Sequence record: OR670491.1
DNA: 64,000 nt
Direction: 5' to 3' (one strand)
Position numbers and translations under genes: made by a program. Under the pieces are notes generated by a model. The model saw nothing but the letters and a program-made list of their open reading frames with translations, searched no databases and was not told the DNA's origin. Within the stretch, counting starts at the first letter, position 1, and each line of letters opens with the position of its first letter. This document shows, piece after piece, positions 1 through 9,316 of this stretch.

Positions 1-62
1 TAATTAAAAAGGATACACTACTCTTAAGGGACATTGATTCAAAAAACCGCATTCGTGCTAAT

Positions 63-365
63 ATGTTTATTGCCCAGAATACTGAAGAAGAATTATCAGT
101 AAGTGATAACACCGAAAAGACAGAGACAGGTGCATATACTATTGACACCTTCAGTGAAGAATGGTATTTTCAAAACAGCCTTCTTCATCATTTACGCCCG
201 TATCAGGATACAAAATCGTTATGGGATATCTATCAAGTACTGAAATGTTGGGACGGGGGTTCTATTGATATGTTATCAGAGATGACTTCAAACTATTCCA
301 ACAGCACTATTGACACAGATGTAGTACTGAAAAAACTATGGAGCATGGTTGCTACTATAGATTAA
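63..365 (+). CDS. hypothetical protein, FQxS-motif family
   Basis: ORF; contains FSEEWYFQNSLL. Confidence 0.7.
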   Translation: MFIAQNTEEELSVSDNTEKTETGAYTIDTFSEEWYFQNSLLHHLRPYQDTKSLWDIYQVLKCWDGGSIDMLSEMTSNYSNSTIDTDVVLKKLWSMVATID

Positions 366-373
366 AAAAAAAC

Positions 374-401
374 GAGCCGGAGTGTTGACTTCGGCTTTTT
401 T
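374..401 (+). terminator. intrinsic terminator overlapping a promoter
   Basis: agccggag/cttcggct stem followed by a T-run. Confidence 0.75.
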
Positions 402-413
402 GTTTGGTACTAT
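385..413 (+). promoter_or_regulatory. sigma70-type promoter
   Basis: TTGACT-17-TACTAT. Confidence 0.65.
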
Positions 414-433
414 ATCTAAAAATAGGAGGATTT

Positions 434-988
434 ATGAGTTCAAGTTGTGACACCTTGTTTGAGCTATGCACCGATTCGCAGTTTGAAGGATGGGTGGATA
501 AAGTTAATGAATTAAGCGAACGTTATGCACGTTTCGTACAACTCGGTGAGTCTCTAAGTAACTTGCCGTTTACTGAGACTGGGGAAAGAGGAAGTTTAAG
601 TTATAAATGTGATGCATTGCGTTTAATTTTATCATATGATGGTTACCCATTTCTAAGATTATATCCACGTTCAAGAAATTCCAATAACTTGAATAATATA
701 ATTACACCACTATTTTTAACTTATAATACTCACAGTACTACACGAATTAAAATCAATAATGATATGCTACCGGACGATATATTAACAGTGTATGACCTCA
801 TGTACAGTCCTGATGAGCATTTTCAGTGCAGTACTCTATATAGTGTTCCTACCTATGAGAACGCTATTAAAACATTGGAGTTGATGCACAGTATTCAAGT
901 CCAAAGTGAACTATCATTAACGATGGAGTATTGTTTCTTCAATCATGATATTCTTAATAATCTAGATACAATTTTATACGGGTACTAA
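434..988 (+). CDS. hypothetical protein, FQxS-motif family
   Basis: ATG at 434 follows AGGAGG (track start 404 lies in the promoter); SPDEHFQCSTL. Confidence 0.75.
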   Translation: MSSSCDTLFELCTDSQFEGWVDKVNELSERYARFVQLGESLSNLPFTETGERGSLSYKCDALRLILSYDGYPFLRLYPRSRNSNNLNNIITPLFLTYNTHSTTRIKINNDMLPDDILTVYDLMYSPDEHFQCSTLYSVPTYENAIKTLELMHSIQVQSELSLTMEYCFFNHDILNNLDTILYGY

Positions 989-989
989 T

Positions 990-1604
990 ATGCGTAAAGA
1001 ATATGTTCAATCTTTTGCTATGTTGCAGCATTTAGAAGAAATACTACCACAGTGTATCAATTTTCAAAAAAGTATATACAAGAAGTACAGTATTTGTTCT
1101 CATATGACACTCCAACATAAGAAGTCAAATTTCTATACAGTGTATGATGATTATAATATCTTCTTAAAAAAGAACGGGTGTGACCTTCTTCATATTGAAA
1201 AGTGCAGTCCTAACAAAAATGACTACAGTGATGAATATGTGTTTATGCCTGAATATGATGAAGTGTATATTAATCCATGTTCGGATTTCACATTTGTTTT
1301 GCACAGCGATGACGATGACTCTGTTTACGATGTTTATGGCGTGTATAATGCAAAGTCTAAGATCATGTCATATGATGGCATTGACTTTAAAATTAAATCT
1401 AAAGATGATTGCGAAGCAGCACTTGCACAAATATTGACATTAGCTAATGTAACTATCAGTACAGACGAAGTGTGGAGTATGATTTCAGTACTTACTTCTT
1501 TGTACAGAAATAAAGATATACGTAATTTTAATATATCTTTTACTGAAACGTTTGATATTAAAAATAAATTGGTAACTGGAAATGAACTATTCGAATCTAA
1601 TTGA
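990..1604 (+). CDS. hypothetical protein
   Basis: 204-aa ORF abutting its neighbours. Confidence 0.7.
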   Translation: MRKEYVQSFAMLQHLEEILPQCINFQKSIYKKYSICSHMTLQHKKSNFYTVYDDYNIFLKKNGCDLLHIEKCSPNKNDYSDEYVFMPEYDEVYINPCSDFTFVLHSDDDDSVYDVYGVYNAKSKIMSYDGIDFKIKSKDDCEAALAQILTLANVTISTDEVWSMISVLTSLYRNKDIRNFNISFTETFDIKNKLVTGNELFESN

Positions 1605-2178
1605 AAATGCAAGAAACCTGAAAGGAATCAAAAACCTTTGGAGTACCTATGAATTTAATTTTCCCAAAAGTTCAGGTCTAGAAAGTTTAAATGTAGATAT
1701 CAAATTCCGTTATAATAATGGCATGACTGGAAAGATTAGGCTACATAAACTGGGTGTTACGTTCTATGATGACTGCGACCACAGTGTAGGTTTGGTAGAG
1801 TTCATTGACAACATGCAACAGGGTGAAAATTATATATGCAGTAGGATTGGTTCTGATGATTCTGAATTTATCATCGGTAATGGTTTACAATTCCATCTCA
1901 CTGAAGACTGGGATGAAGATTATTATGTGTATGATTATGAAAGTAAAAACATTTTTGATGAGAGTGATTCTCTTGTCACAGACCTCAACGAGCGTATCTT
2001 CCAGAAGAGTACTATCCAAGATAATGTGAGAACTCCAGAAGAAATTGTTGACATGTGCAATGCGTATGATACACTTATGGATATTATGAAAACTGATGGT
2101 ATCCAGTACATTTATCTTTGCGATGATGTATACGTGAACCAAATTCTGAAACGACTTGAGACATTTACTAAGAGGTAG
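1582..2178 (+). CDS. hypothetical protein, FQxS-motif family
   Basis: 198-aa ORF; NERIFQKSTI. Confidence 0.7.
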   Translation: MNYSNLIENARNLKGIKNLWSTYEFNFPKSSGLESLNVDIKFRYNNGMTGKIRLHKLGVTFYDDCDHSVGLVEFIDNMQQGENYICSRIGSDDSEFIIGNGLQFHLTEDWDEDYYVYDYESKNIFDESDSLVTDLNERIFQKSTIQDNVRTPEEIVDMCNAYDTLMDIMKTDGIQYIYLCDDVYVNQILKRLETFTKR

Positions 2179-2180
2179 TT

Positions 2181-2597
2181 ATGTTACTGTATCATGCCAG
2201 CCCAGTTAAAATTGAAAACTTTTACATTCCATTCGGTGGTTTGCATCTGGGCGGCAAGAACAGTGCACTGGAAGCAGCCCTACGCAAGCTGAGAAGCCCT
2301 CTGAACGTCGTAGACGCTAATACGGTACATCTGCATACCTGTGAGGTTAACGTCGCTAACGTGTATTTCAGTGATGATTTGGGTAGTGATGATTCATGGC
2401 GTGAGCTTATTGAGTACTGCCAAGCTAATGGCTATGATGCAGTACAGTACAAGAATGAGTTCGAGCCTGATGCTGTTCCTAGCTACATGATTTGGGATGT
2501 ATCTAACATTCGCATCGTTGAAGTTGATCCTATGCATATGGATGATGCAGAAATGATTTTGGAGGATTTCTATGCAGAGTATGAAGGACAATCTTGA
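2181..2597 (+). CDS. putative ADP-ribosyltransferase-fold protein
   Basis: N-terminal LYHAS strand, GLHLGG..SA and GYDAVQYKNEFE resemble small phage ART-fold domains. Confidence 0.4.
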   Translation: MLLYHASPVKIENFYIPFGGLHLGGKNSALEAALRKLRSPLNVVDANTVHLHTCEVNVANVYFSDDLGSDDSWRELIEYCQANGYDAVQYKNEFEPDAVPSYMIWDVSNIRIVEVDPMHMDDAEMILEDFYAEYEGQS

Positions 2598-3105
2598 GTG
2601 CACTAAGGTAATCTTGAAGATTGCTGAAATTTTCAGTACTTTATTGAGCGATGGAAAGATTACAGATGATCTGGTTCTTCCATACCCGTGGAAATTTTCT
2701 AAATTTTCTATATTTTATAAATTAGAATACAAAGAACATGCAGTACTGGAGTTTAATCCTAAAGCTGATTTCATTGAGAATAGTACACTGTTCGGAAAGA
2801 GTGGGTGCTATACATCGGACTTCAAAAAGATTACTACGCATATTCGTCCTTCTCCAGAAGAAAACGAGTTCCATTCATTTCTGTATCCTGAATTTAAGTT
2901 AACTGAAGAACTACTATTTCAGTACTCATTATTGTTCGAAGATGTACAAGATTTAGAGTTCTATAAAGAGTTAGTAGAAACTTTTAAGAATGTGAACCTT
3001 AAAAAAGATATTCTTATATTCTGGTTCATGGAGTATATTTCGAAGGATTTGCTAGATGAGTTTCTTCTAAATATGACAGCAATTAAGGAGAAGTTATATG
3101 CTTGA
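2572..3105 (+). CDS. hypothetical protein, FQxS-motif family
   Basis: LTEELLFQYSLLF. Confidence 0.7.
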   Translation: MQSMKDNLECTKVILKIAEIFSTLLSDGKITDDLVLPYPWKFSKFSIFYKLEYKEHAVLEFNPKADFIENSTLFGKSGCYTSDFKKITTHIRPSPEENEFHSFLYPEFKLTEELLFQYSLLFEDVQDLEFYKELVETFKNVNLKKDILIFWFMEYISKDLLDEFLLNMTAIKEKLYA

Positions 3106-3571
3106 CATTTTAGGTAATATTGATACAGTAAACTATTTCGTACAAGATGCATTGGTTGGGATTACGTCTAAGCCATTGCAGGTTCGCAACAATTTCCATC
3201 AGGGTGATGGATACATTGTGGACATTACTGAACCGAAAAAGAATGTATTCAATGTTAACATTGCAACAACAGGTCGTAACAATATCGCACGAATTATCAT
3301 TGACAAGAATGAAATTGTTCTTCGTTACAATGCTAAGTTCATGATGTTCTTCAAGAGTAAGACTGACATGTTCAGTACTAATCTCTTTGATGAACCATTT
3401 AAATTAGAAGATATCGAAGCAGTATTCTTTACTCAGAGTACGTGCTTTAAGTTCAGAGATGTAGAATTCAGTCCAGATGTAATGACTGAAACTTTACAAA
3501 TGCTAAGGATTATCTATTATGGGTTTAATGAGTTTGCACAAGAACGAAACCAGGTTAACAACTGTAGATGA
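3098..3571 (+). CDS. hypothetical protein, FQxS-motif variant
   Basis: RBS AAGGAG; EDIEAVFFTQST. Confidence 0.7.
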   Translation: MLDILGNIDTVNYFVQDALVGITSKPLQVRNNFHQGDGYIVDITEPKKNVFNVNIATTGRNNIARIIIDKNEIVLRYNAKFMMFFKSKTDMFSTNLFDEPFKLEDIEAVFFTQSTCFKFRDVEFSPDVMTETLQMLRIIYYGFNEFAQERNQVNNCR

Positions 3572-3977
3572 AACAATCGAGGCAGTACTGGCGAATCTTA
3601 GCTCCAAAAGGGATTACTGGTACAAAGGTATCCGTCTGTATCGTTTAACTGATCGTCACAATCAGGTTACGAATCAGTACGGTACACAGCAAGTCAAGTT
3701 CACTGCCTCAAAACGTAACACAGGGTTTGAAATTTCATGTGTAGTGTTAAATCTAAGTAAAAAACTTCTTGAATGCAATGAAGATTGTGCTATAATGTAT
3801 GCATCTGGTAACGAAGAGATCAAGATCGATTACAGTACACTAGATGAAATTGACTTCTTTCAGTACGAATGCATTGGCATTCAGACTCTAGGAGTTTCTC
3901 ATGATAAACTGAAGAAACTAATTCATACATTAAAAGGTATAATTGAACATGCAAGTAACTCCGCGTCTAAAGCTTAA
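3519..3977 (+). CDS. hypothetical protein, FQxS-motif family
   Basis: LDEIDFFQYECI; start uncertain. Confidence 0.65.
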   Translation: MGLMSLHKNETRLTTVDETIEAVLANLSSKRDYWYKGIRLYRLTDRHNQVTNQYGTQQVKFTASKRNTGFEISCVVLNLSKKLLECNEDCAIMYASGNEEIKIDYSTLDEIDFFQYECIGIQTLGVSHDKLKKLIHTLKGIIEHASNSASKA

Positions 3978-4452
3978 TTTAGAAAAAATTGCTGATTATC
4001 TTCGTACTAACAATATGGAACATAGTCTTTCGATTACAAGTGACCATATCCAATGTAGTACTAATGATTATACTGTACTGTTCGGGTTTCATAGCCTACG
4101 TTTGTCAGTAGTAAATAATCATGATGATACAGCAATTGTCATTACACCTTGTGATGTACTGAACAATGATGGTGAAGTACTTCACAAGAAACAAACCGTA
4201 TTCCATATCTTCAGGGGTGATGAGCCACAAGCATTGGAATACGATACACTGAACGTTGATAGTGGTGAATTGTTCCAGTTGGGTTTAGTACATGATTGTA
4301 CTTTCATGGATAACCGAGTAATTCTTCCTTTGTTGTTGAATATTCTGGTTAACCTTACAACATCTTCAATCCGACACTTCAACGATTCTATTTTAGTACA
4401 GGCGATGATAAACGTTTCAGAGGCAATCGAGGAATACAAAGTCGCCAGTTAA
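3943..4452 (+). CDS. hypothetical protein, FQxS-motif family
   Basis: DSGELFQLGLVHD. Confidence 0.7.
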   Translation: MNMQVTPRLKLNLEKIADYLRTNNMEHSLSITSDHIQCSTNDYTVLFGFHSLRLSVVNNHDDTAIVITPCDVLNNDGEVLHKKQTVFHIFRGDEPQALEYDTLNVDSGELFQLGLVHDCTFMDNRVILPLLLNILVNLTTSSIRHFNDSILVQAMINVSEAIEEYKVAS

Positions 4453-4492
4453 CCAATGCACAGGGAGTGCGATAAAGGATCAAGGATAGATC

Positions 4493-4966
4493 ATGGAGAC
4501 GAAAACTGTTGAGAACGGAAAGATAGATGACATTTTAGAATTGGACGCATTTAAAGTTCATGATATAATGTTCAATGTTAAAGACATTATTCAGTGTCTT
4601 TTCTTATGTAGCAAAACTATGCATGACTACTTTCACAACCCAAATACTAACATCTTTATACTTACTATTAGTACTGAAAACTCTTTCATCATGGGTATGC
4701 CTATGAGTACTAATGAAAAGTACATTGATAGTGTAATCCGTAATAATGAGAACATAACCCCACAATCTGAAGTGCATAAGAAGAAAAATACTTATACCAT
4801 TAAAGATGATAAAATTATGTTATGTTGTACTAAGGGATTTATTTTGGATAATTTTAAAGTGAAAGATAGTTATCATGATTTCAAAATATCTGAAAAGCAA
4901 ACTAATGTAGTTTTATATGCCACCGATATTGAAAGCCTAACAGTTAAAGATCCTGATTTGGAGTAA
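4493..4966 (+). CDS. hypothetical protein
   Basis: 157-aa ORF with AAGGA RBS. Confidence 0.65.
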   Translation: METKTVENGKIDDILELDAFKVHDIMFNVKDIIQCLFLCSKTMHDYFHNPNTNIFILTISTENSFIMGMPMSTNEKYIDSVIRNNENITPQSEVHKKKNTYTIKDDKIMLCCTKGFILDNFKVKDSYHDFKISEKQTNVVLYATDIESLTVKDPDLE

Positions 4967-4968
4967 TT

Positions 4969-5100
4969 ATGGCTAAAAATGTAAACAACTTCGTTCAGAA
5001 ACACATGAATGAGTTTAACAAACCTCAAACCCATGTGGATCGCAAAAAAGCGATGAAGAATGGAAAAACAAAACACAAGTCGAGATATATTCTCGACTAA
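4969..5100 (+). CDS. small basic protein (not in ORF track)
   Basis: GGAG RBS; translates as MAKNVNNFVQKHMNEFNKPQTHVDRKKAMKNGKTKHKSRYILD; resembles small basic proteins of T4-like phages. Confidence 0.65.
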   Translation: MAKNVNNFVQKHMNEFNKPQTHVDRKKAMKNGKTKHKSRYILD

Positions 5101-5119
5101 TTTTTTGCCTGGAGAAAGT

Positions 5120-5953
5120 ATGAAAGAATTTGATTACAAAAGTAAGTCAGTACTGGAATACATTGAATTACTAAATTCTAAAAATATTCCATTCGATGAT
5201 ACCAAGCTCCTTGGAAATGGAGATGAAAATTCATATAGTACTGAAAACTATGTAATCATTATTTCAAATGCAGCACCAGATATTGACATTACAGTACATA
5301 AGAAAAATAATGCCGCAGTGTTTATGTATACTCAAGATAGTAAATCAGAGTACTTACATTTCAGGGATATGAATTACTACAAAGAGAATGGTGAATTTAT
5401 ATTAAAATACAATATACTAAAGAATATCGAATTAAAAAAAGCACGATACTTTGATGGTGCTTATGACGTTAAAAGTTCAGATAAGCTTTGTATATTCACC
5501 ATGCATAAAAATATAGAAAAAGACAATGGATGGACTGAATTTGAAACTAAGTTCGATGAACAGAAAGTTTCTAATTTGTCAATACAAGAACGTTATGAAG
5601 GTTCAGATGTAGTGTGCAGTGCTGCTTACTTTCGTGCATTTGATAACACAACGAAACGTATGCAAATGCAAAACATTGACATTACGTTCAATGAAGGGTA
5701 TAGTACTGTTACTATTTCTTCAGGATATCGAAACAAGTTTACATTTGAGGTAGCAGTTCCAGACGGGTCAATTCTACACATATTTGACCCTGAATATATG
5801 TTCCAAGTTGAATTAACACTTGACACAGAGCAGTATGATAAATTACAATTTATTAGAAATTCAATCCAAGAAAAATTGGAATTATACCACTTACTAGGTG
5901 GAAAGAATCACAAAGCAACAATAGCATTACAAAATATCAAAAGTAAAAGGTAG
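5120..5953 (+). CDS. hypothetical protein, FQxS-motif family
   Basis: ATG at 5120 after GGAG; DPEYMFQVEL. Confidence 0.7.
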   Translation: MKEFDYKSKSVLEYIELLNSKNIPFDDTKLLGNGDENSYSTENYVIIISNAAPDIDITVHKKNNAAVFMYTQDSKSEYLHFRDMNYYKENGEFILKYNILKNIELKKARYFDGAYDVKSSDKLCIFTMHKNIEKDNGWTEFETKFDEQKVSNLSIQERYEGSDVVCSAAYFRAFDNTTKRMQMQNIDITFNEGYSTVTISSGYRNKFTFEVAVPDGSILHIFDPEYMFQVELTLDTEQYDKLQFIRNSIQEKLELYHLLGGKNHKATIALQNIKSKR

Positions 5954-5972
5954 TTCAAGGAGAGGATTTAGT

Positions 5973-6266
5973 ATGGATACTAAATTTACAATAAAGTTTC
6001 TAGATGAGCCATGTATTCCATATATTGGTGACAGGTTCAAGCCTTATGGTGCGAAGGAAGTTACGCATCCTGATGGCAAAACAATATATTTGGCCCCAGC
6101 GTCTTATGAGCGAGCAGTTGAAATGCTTATCATGAATTCTAAGTATTGCAAAGACAAATATATTAGTTACTTATACAATGAACATGTGTTAGACTTCAAT
6201 GACGAAAACATGTTTGTACTGGTAGTTTCAGATTTTAGTACTTGGCACGAACATCTGTTGTACTAA
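5973..6266 (+). CDS. hypothetical protein
   Basis: GGAGAGG RBS; NDENMFVL motif variant. Confidence 0.65.
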   Translation: MDTKFTIKFLDEPCIPYIGDRFKPYGAKEVTHPDGKTIYLAPASYERAVEMLIMNSKYCKDKYISYLYNEHVLDFNDENMFVLVVSDFSTWHEHLLY

Positions 6267-6275
6267 AATAAATTG

Positions 6276-6303
6276 TGGACATTTAAATTCCTTATGATAT
6301 AAT
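6276..6303 (+). promoter_or_regulatory. early promoter
   Basis: TGGACA-16-TATAAT with TGn extended -10. Confidence 0.65.
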
Positions 6304-6335
6304 GTTCGCATCTTTTTTGATAAACGGAGATATAC

Positions 6336-6722
6336 ATGAATACAAGTTCAGTTCTAAAAGCGATTGGCGGTGTCCTTCTAATTGAAGTTCTAGGTGAGTC
6401 AAAACTCTGCTGCGTAGAAGACATGAAGAGTACTAAATTCTTCAGTACTGGTCAAATCTTCAATGCGATTCGCGTACTGAATGATAAGACTGTTGAAGAC
6501 TACGGCAAGGTTTGGCCTCAATACCGAAACCAAGATGGTGAAATCAGTACTGATTGGAAAACCTTAGAAGCAGTTCGTGAAAGCTGTAATAGCGATTGGG
6601 AATTCGTTATTGAAGTATGTGACCAACTACAAGAAGACGTTCCTGATGTTATCGAACGTAAAGAAGTACAAGCACAACTTGAAAAGTTCCGTCATGGTAC
6701 ACTACCATACGATCTTATCTAA
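6336..6722 (+). CDS. hypothetical protein
   Basis: GGAG RBS, 128 aa. Confidence 0.75.
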   Translation: MNTSSVLKAIGGVLLIEVLGESKLCCVEDMKSTKFFSTGQIFNAIRVLNDKTVEDYGKVWPQYRNQDGEISTDWKTLEAVRESCNSDWEFVIEVCDQLQEDVPDVIERKEVQAQLEKFRHGTLPYDLI

Positions 6723-6774
6723 TCTGCGATTTATCAAAAACATCTAATTAACATTATATAAAAAGGAATTTAAA

Positions 6775-7077
6775 ATGGAAGACAACGGAATGAAATTTGA
6801 CATGTTTGAAGGTGTACCAGAGTACGATTTCACTCGAATTGAAGAAGGTGAACAATCTGAAGTAGTTAGTGTTACACTAAAAGCTGATTCCAAAAAGAAA
6901 CCAGCAGAGCGTCGTGCTCGTTCTCAAGAAGAATATGAAACCTTCATCGAGAGCGTACACTATGAAACGTTCTATACTAAAGATGGTGCACCATATGAAG
7001 TTCGCGTTACAGTACTGAAGCCTGAAGTGAATCCACTTGAGAACCTTAAACCAGTTTACTGTTGGGCTAGTCATTAA
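6775..7077 (+). CDS. hypothetical protein
   Basis: AAGGA RBS, 100 aa. Confidence 0.75.
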   Translation: MEDNGMKFDMFEGVPEYDFTRIEEGEQSEVVSVTLKADSKKKPAERRARSQEEYETFIESVHYETFYTKDGAPYEVRVTVLKPEVNPLENLKPVYCWASH

Positions 7078-7085
7078 TAGTCAAG

Positions 7086-7113
7086 AGGCTGGGAGATAAT
7101 CCTGGCCTTTTTT
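7086..7113 (+). terminator. intrinsic terminator
   Basis: aggctggga/tcctggcct stem + T-run. Confidence 0.75.
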
Positions 7114-7128
7114 ATTCAGAGGATTTAA

Positions 7129-8082
7129 ATGAAATTATACCTAATTCCATGTTATGATATTGAAGATTACAATTACGCGGAAGATAGCGAAGGTGGTAAT
7201 CACGCTTCCGATATGAATGTATTCAGCGTAAGTACTCATAAGCATGAACGTTATACTAACTTTAGTACATTTCTTCAATATAATACTTTTGAAAATTTGA
7301 CATTTCGCCAGCGTTACAATGCTTACGAATACCAACTAATTGATATTTCAGATGATCTAACTTTTCAATTCATGCTATTAGGTCTAAAGGATTTCGATTT
7401 CATTGCGTATAATCATAAAACTAAGAAGATCTATGTAGGTAATAATTCATATCGTATTGCAGGATTAGCATCTGATCCTAGTGAAGAAGAACCAGATCAA
7501 GCTAATGCTTCAAGTTCGACTTCATTAGCGGGTCGTCGTCGTGCACAATCAAAACATAATTCTTCGTATGGTGGTCGTAGTAATAGACCATCACAGCGTA
7601 TGTTTACGTTCAATTCACCACAAGAAGAACCAGTACCATACGATGAAGAAGATCAAGAAGAAGTTCAGATTCGTATTGACAGTACTAATGGATACGATGA
7701 AATTAAAAAAGAATTAATGGTTTACATGGAAGATATCTACTACAAGATGTTCACTAAAACTGCCATCCATTTACGTAGTTCAGGTAGACATATCATCGGT
7801 GAACAGTCTAATAGTCTGTTTAGTGATGATGGATATTCGTCTGTGTATGACCCAAATGCAGTGCGTAACGCAAATCCAGTAGGTTACAAACGTACTAATT
7901 CCTCTTATGATGAAGCACTACAATTGACCACTGAAGAGTTTGGTTTTTTGTTTGAATCATACTTGAACGATGATGAATTGTGGATTAATACACAAAAGAA
8001 AATCCATCATAGACACAAAGAATGCATTCGTGCTTATACTTGTGATGCATGGAAAAAGTTCACAGAATGTGAGACAAAATAA
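7129..8082 (+). CDS. hypothetical protein, FQxS-motif variant with low-complexity middle
   Basis: GAGGA RBS; ISDDLTFQFMLL. Confidence 0.75.
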   Translation: MKLYLIPCYDIEDYNYAEDSEGGNHASDMNVFSVSTHKHERYTNFSTFLQYNTFENLTFRQRYNAYEYQLIDISDDLTFQFMLLGLKDFDFIAYNHKTKKIYVGNNSYRIAGLASDPSEEEPDQANASSSTSLAGRRRAQSKHNSSYGGRSNRPSQRMFTFNSPQEEPVPYDEEDQEEVQIRIDSTNGYDEIKKELMVYMEDIYYKMFTKTAIHLRSSGRHIIGEQSNSLFSDDGYSSVYDPNAVRNANPVGYKRTNSSYDEALQLTTEEFGFLFESYLNDDELWINTQKKIHHRHKECIRAYTCDAWKKFTECETK

Positions 8083-8098
8083 AAATTAGTGATATAAT
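8071..8098 (+). promoter_or_regulatory. early promoter
   Basis: GAGACA-16-TATAAT with TGn. Confidence 0.5.
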
Positions 8099-8100
8099 TT

Positions 8101-8134
8101 AAGGTGATAGCAGAGTTGTTATCACCTTTTTTTT
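8101..8134 (+). terminator. intrinsic terminator
   Basis: aaggtgatagc/gttatcacctt stem + T-run. Confidence 0.8.
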
Positions 8135-8750
8135 AATCCTGAAAGGTTCCATAAGGAAATGATTAAGACCTAATCCACTCGAAAAGTAGAGGGTAGTTGA
8201 GTAGTCCTTTCAGTACGAACAGCAGAAGAAACCCGTTAGATGTTGGCATAGTTTGAACCACTCACGGCAATGCGGCTGTATAAAGAACTCCGATAAGCAC
8301 ACAGAGAGTTCCTAGATAGACATATAAGGATCGCACCTTACGAGATTTGCTAAGGGAGATTTCACTTTGAAACGCGGTCGTAATTTATACAATATAGTTG
8401 CGTCCAAAATTTGTGAAATCAAATACAAGTACTGTTCATATGGTATTTGTATTATGTGTCGGGATGTTTAAGACCGACGACCGTTGCTACAAGAACCGCA
8501 ATAGAGAGAAACAGAGCAACCCGCTTTCGCCCCAGTACTGGGAATTTGTGATATGAATATGTGAAGACCATCAGCGTCAAACTTTTTGTTCTTTCCCCTG
8601 CGGGGGGATGAAATATGTTCAAACAAATCCCGTCAATATTAATTAAACTACTAATAAAGCTGAATTAGACATGCGAAGCGTGTATAATTCTACCGATTTT
8701 TATTGAGTGCTAACGAAATAAAAGTCGTGTACATTCATTGATGTTTCCAT
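8135..8750. ncRNA. candidate large structured ncRNA (or replication origin)
   Basis: ~620 nt with no ORF of 60 aa or more on either strand; at least 9 complementary helices including long-range pairings. Confidence 0.45.
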
Positions 8751-8757
8751 AGGAATA

Positions 8758-9300
8758 ATGATGTCTTCAAGAAAATCAAGTGTAAGTATTGTGTATAAGT
8801 CAAGTAATTTTTTGGATTGTAATGAACCTCAAGACTTTGAGAGTTTTAGTGGTTTTCAAATTATCAGAGAACGAGGTAAGCTCTCTTATATCAGAGAACT
8901 ACAAGACGGAATTGAGATTACATCTATTAAATTCAGACCTACACAAATACCCACAATCCTCAAAGCACAATATGGTAATTACTTCGAAGAGAGATACAAC
9001 GGGAACACTATTAGTTCTAAGTGTCACTTAATCAACGGAGATTTAGAAGGAGAGTACAGAAAGTATAGCCCCGATGGAACGTGCATTGGCGTTAAATATT
9101 TCTGTTCAGGAGTCGATGTAACCCAGGAGATCATTGACTTTTTGAAATTAAATTGCACAGTACTGACAATACATGAGTATAAGTTCACGGAAGAAGAAGA
9201 GTTTGTACTTATGGTCAGATACGGTTCACATTTTAAGTTTTACTATGAATATAACATTGACAGTAGTACTTTTGATAATATAGTACTTAACTGTCTATAA
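8758..9300 (+). CDS. hypothetical protein (MORN-like repeat segment, acidic-F motif variant)
   Basis: NGDLEGEYRKYSPDG resembles MORN-variant repeats; FTEEEEFVL. Confidence 0.6.
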   Translation: MMSSRKSSVSIVYKSSNFLDCNEPQDFESFSGFQIIRERGKLSYIRELQDGIEITSIKFRPTQIPTILKAQYGNYFEERYNGNTISSKCHLINGDLEGEYRKYSPDGTCIGVKYFCSGVDVTQEIIDFLKLNCTVLTIHEYKFTEEEEFVLMVRYGSHFKFYYEYNIDSSTFDNIVLNCL

Positions 9301-9316
9301 TCAAAGGATTGATAAA

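Noticed and set aside
8160-8260. Group I intron-like words (gagtagtcc resembling the S element) in the non-coding region
   Set aside because: No recognisable R element or P7 partner in the right order, and no interrupted gene on either side.
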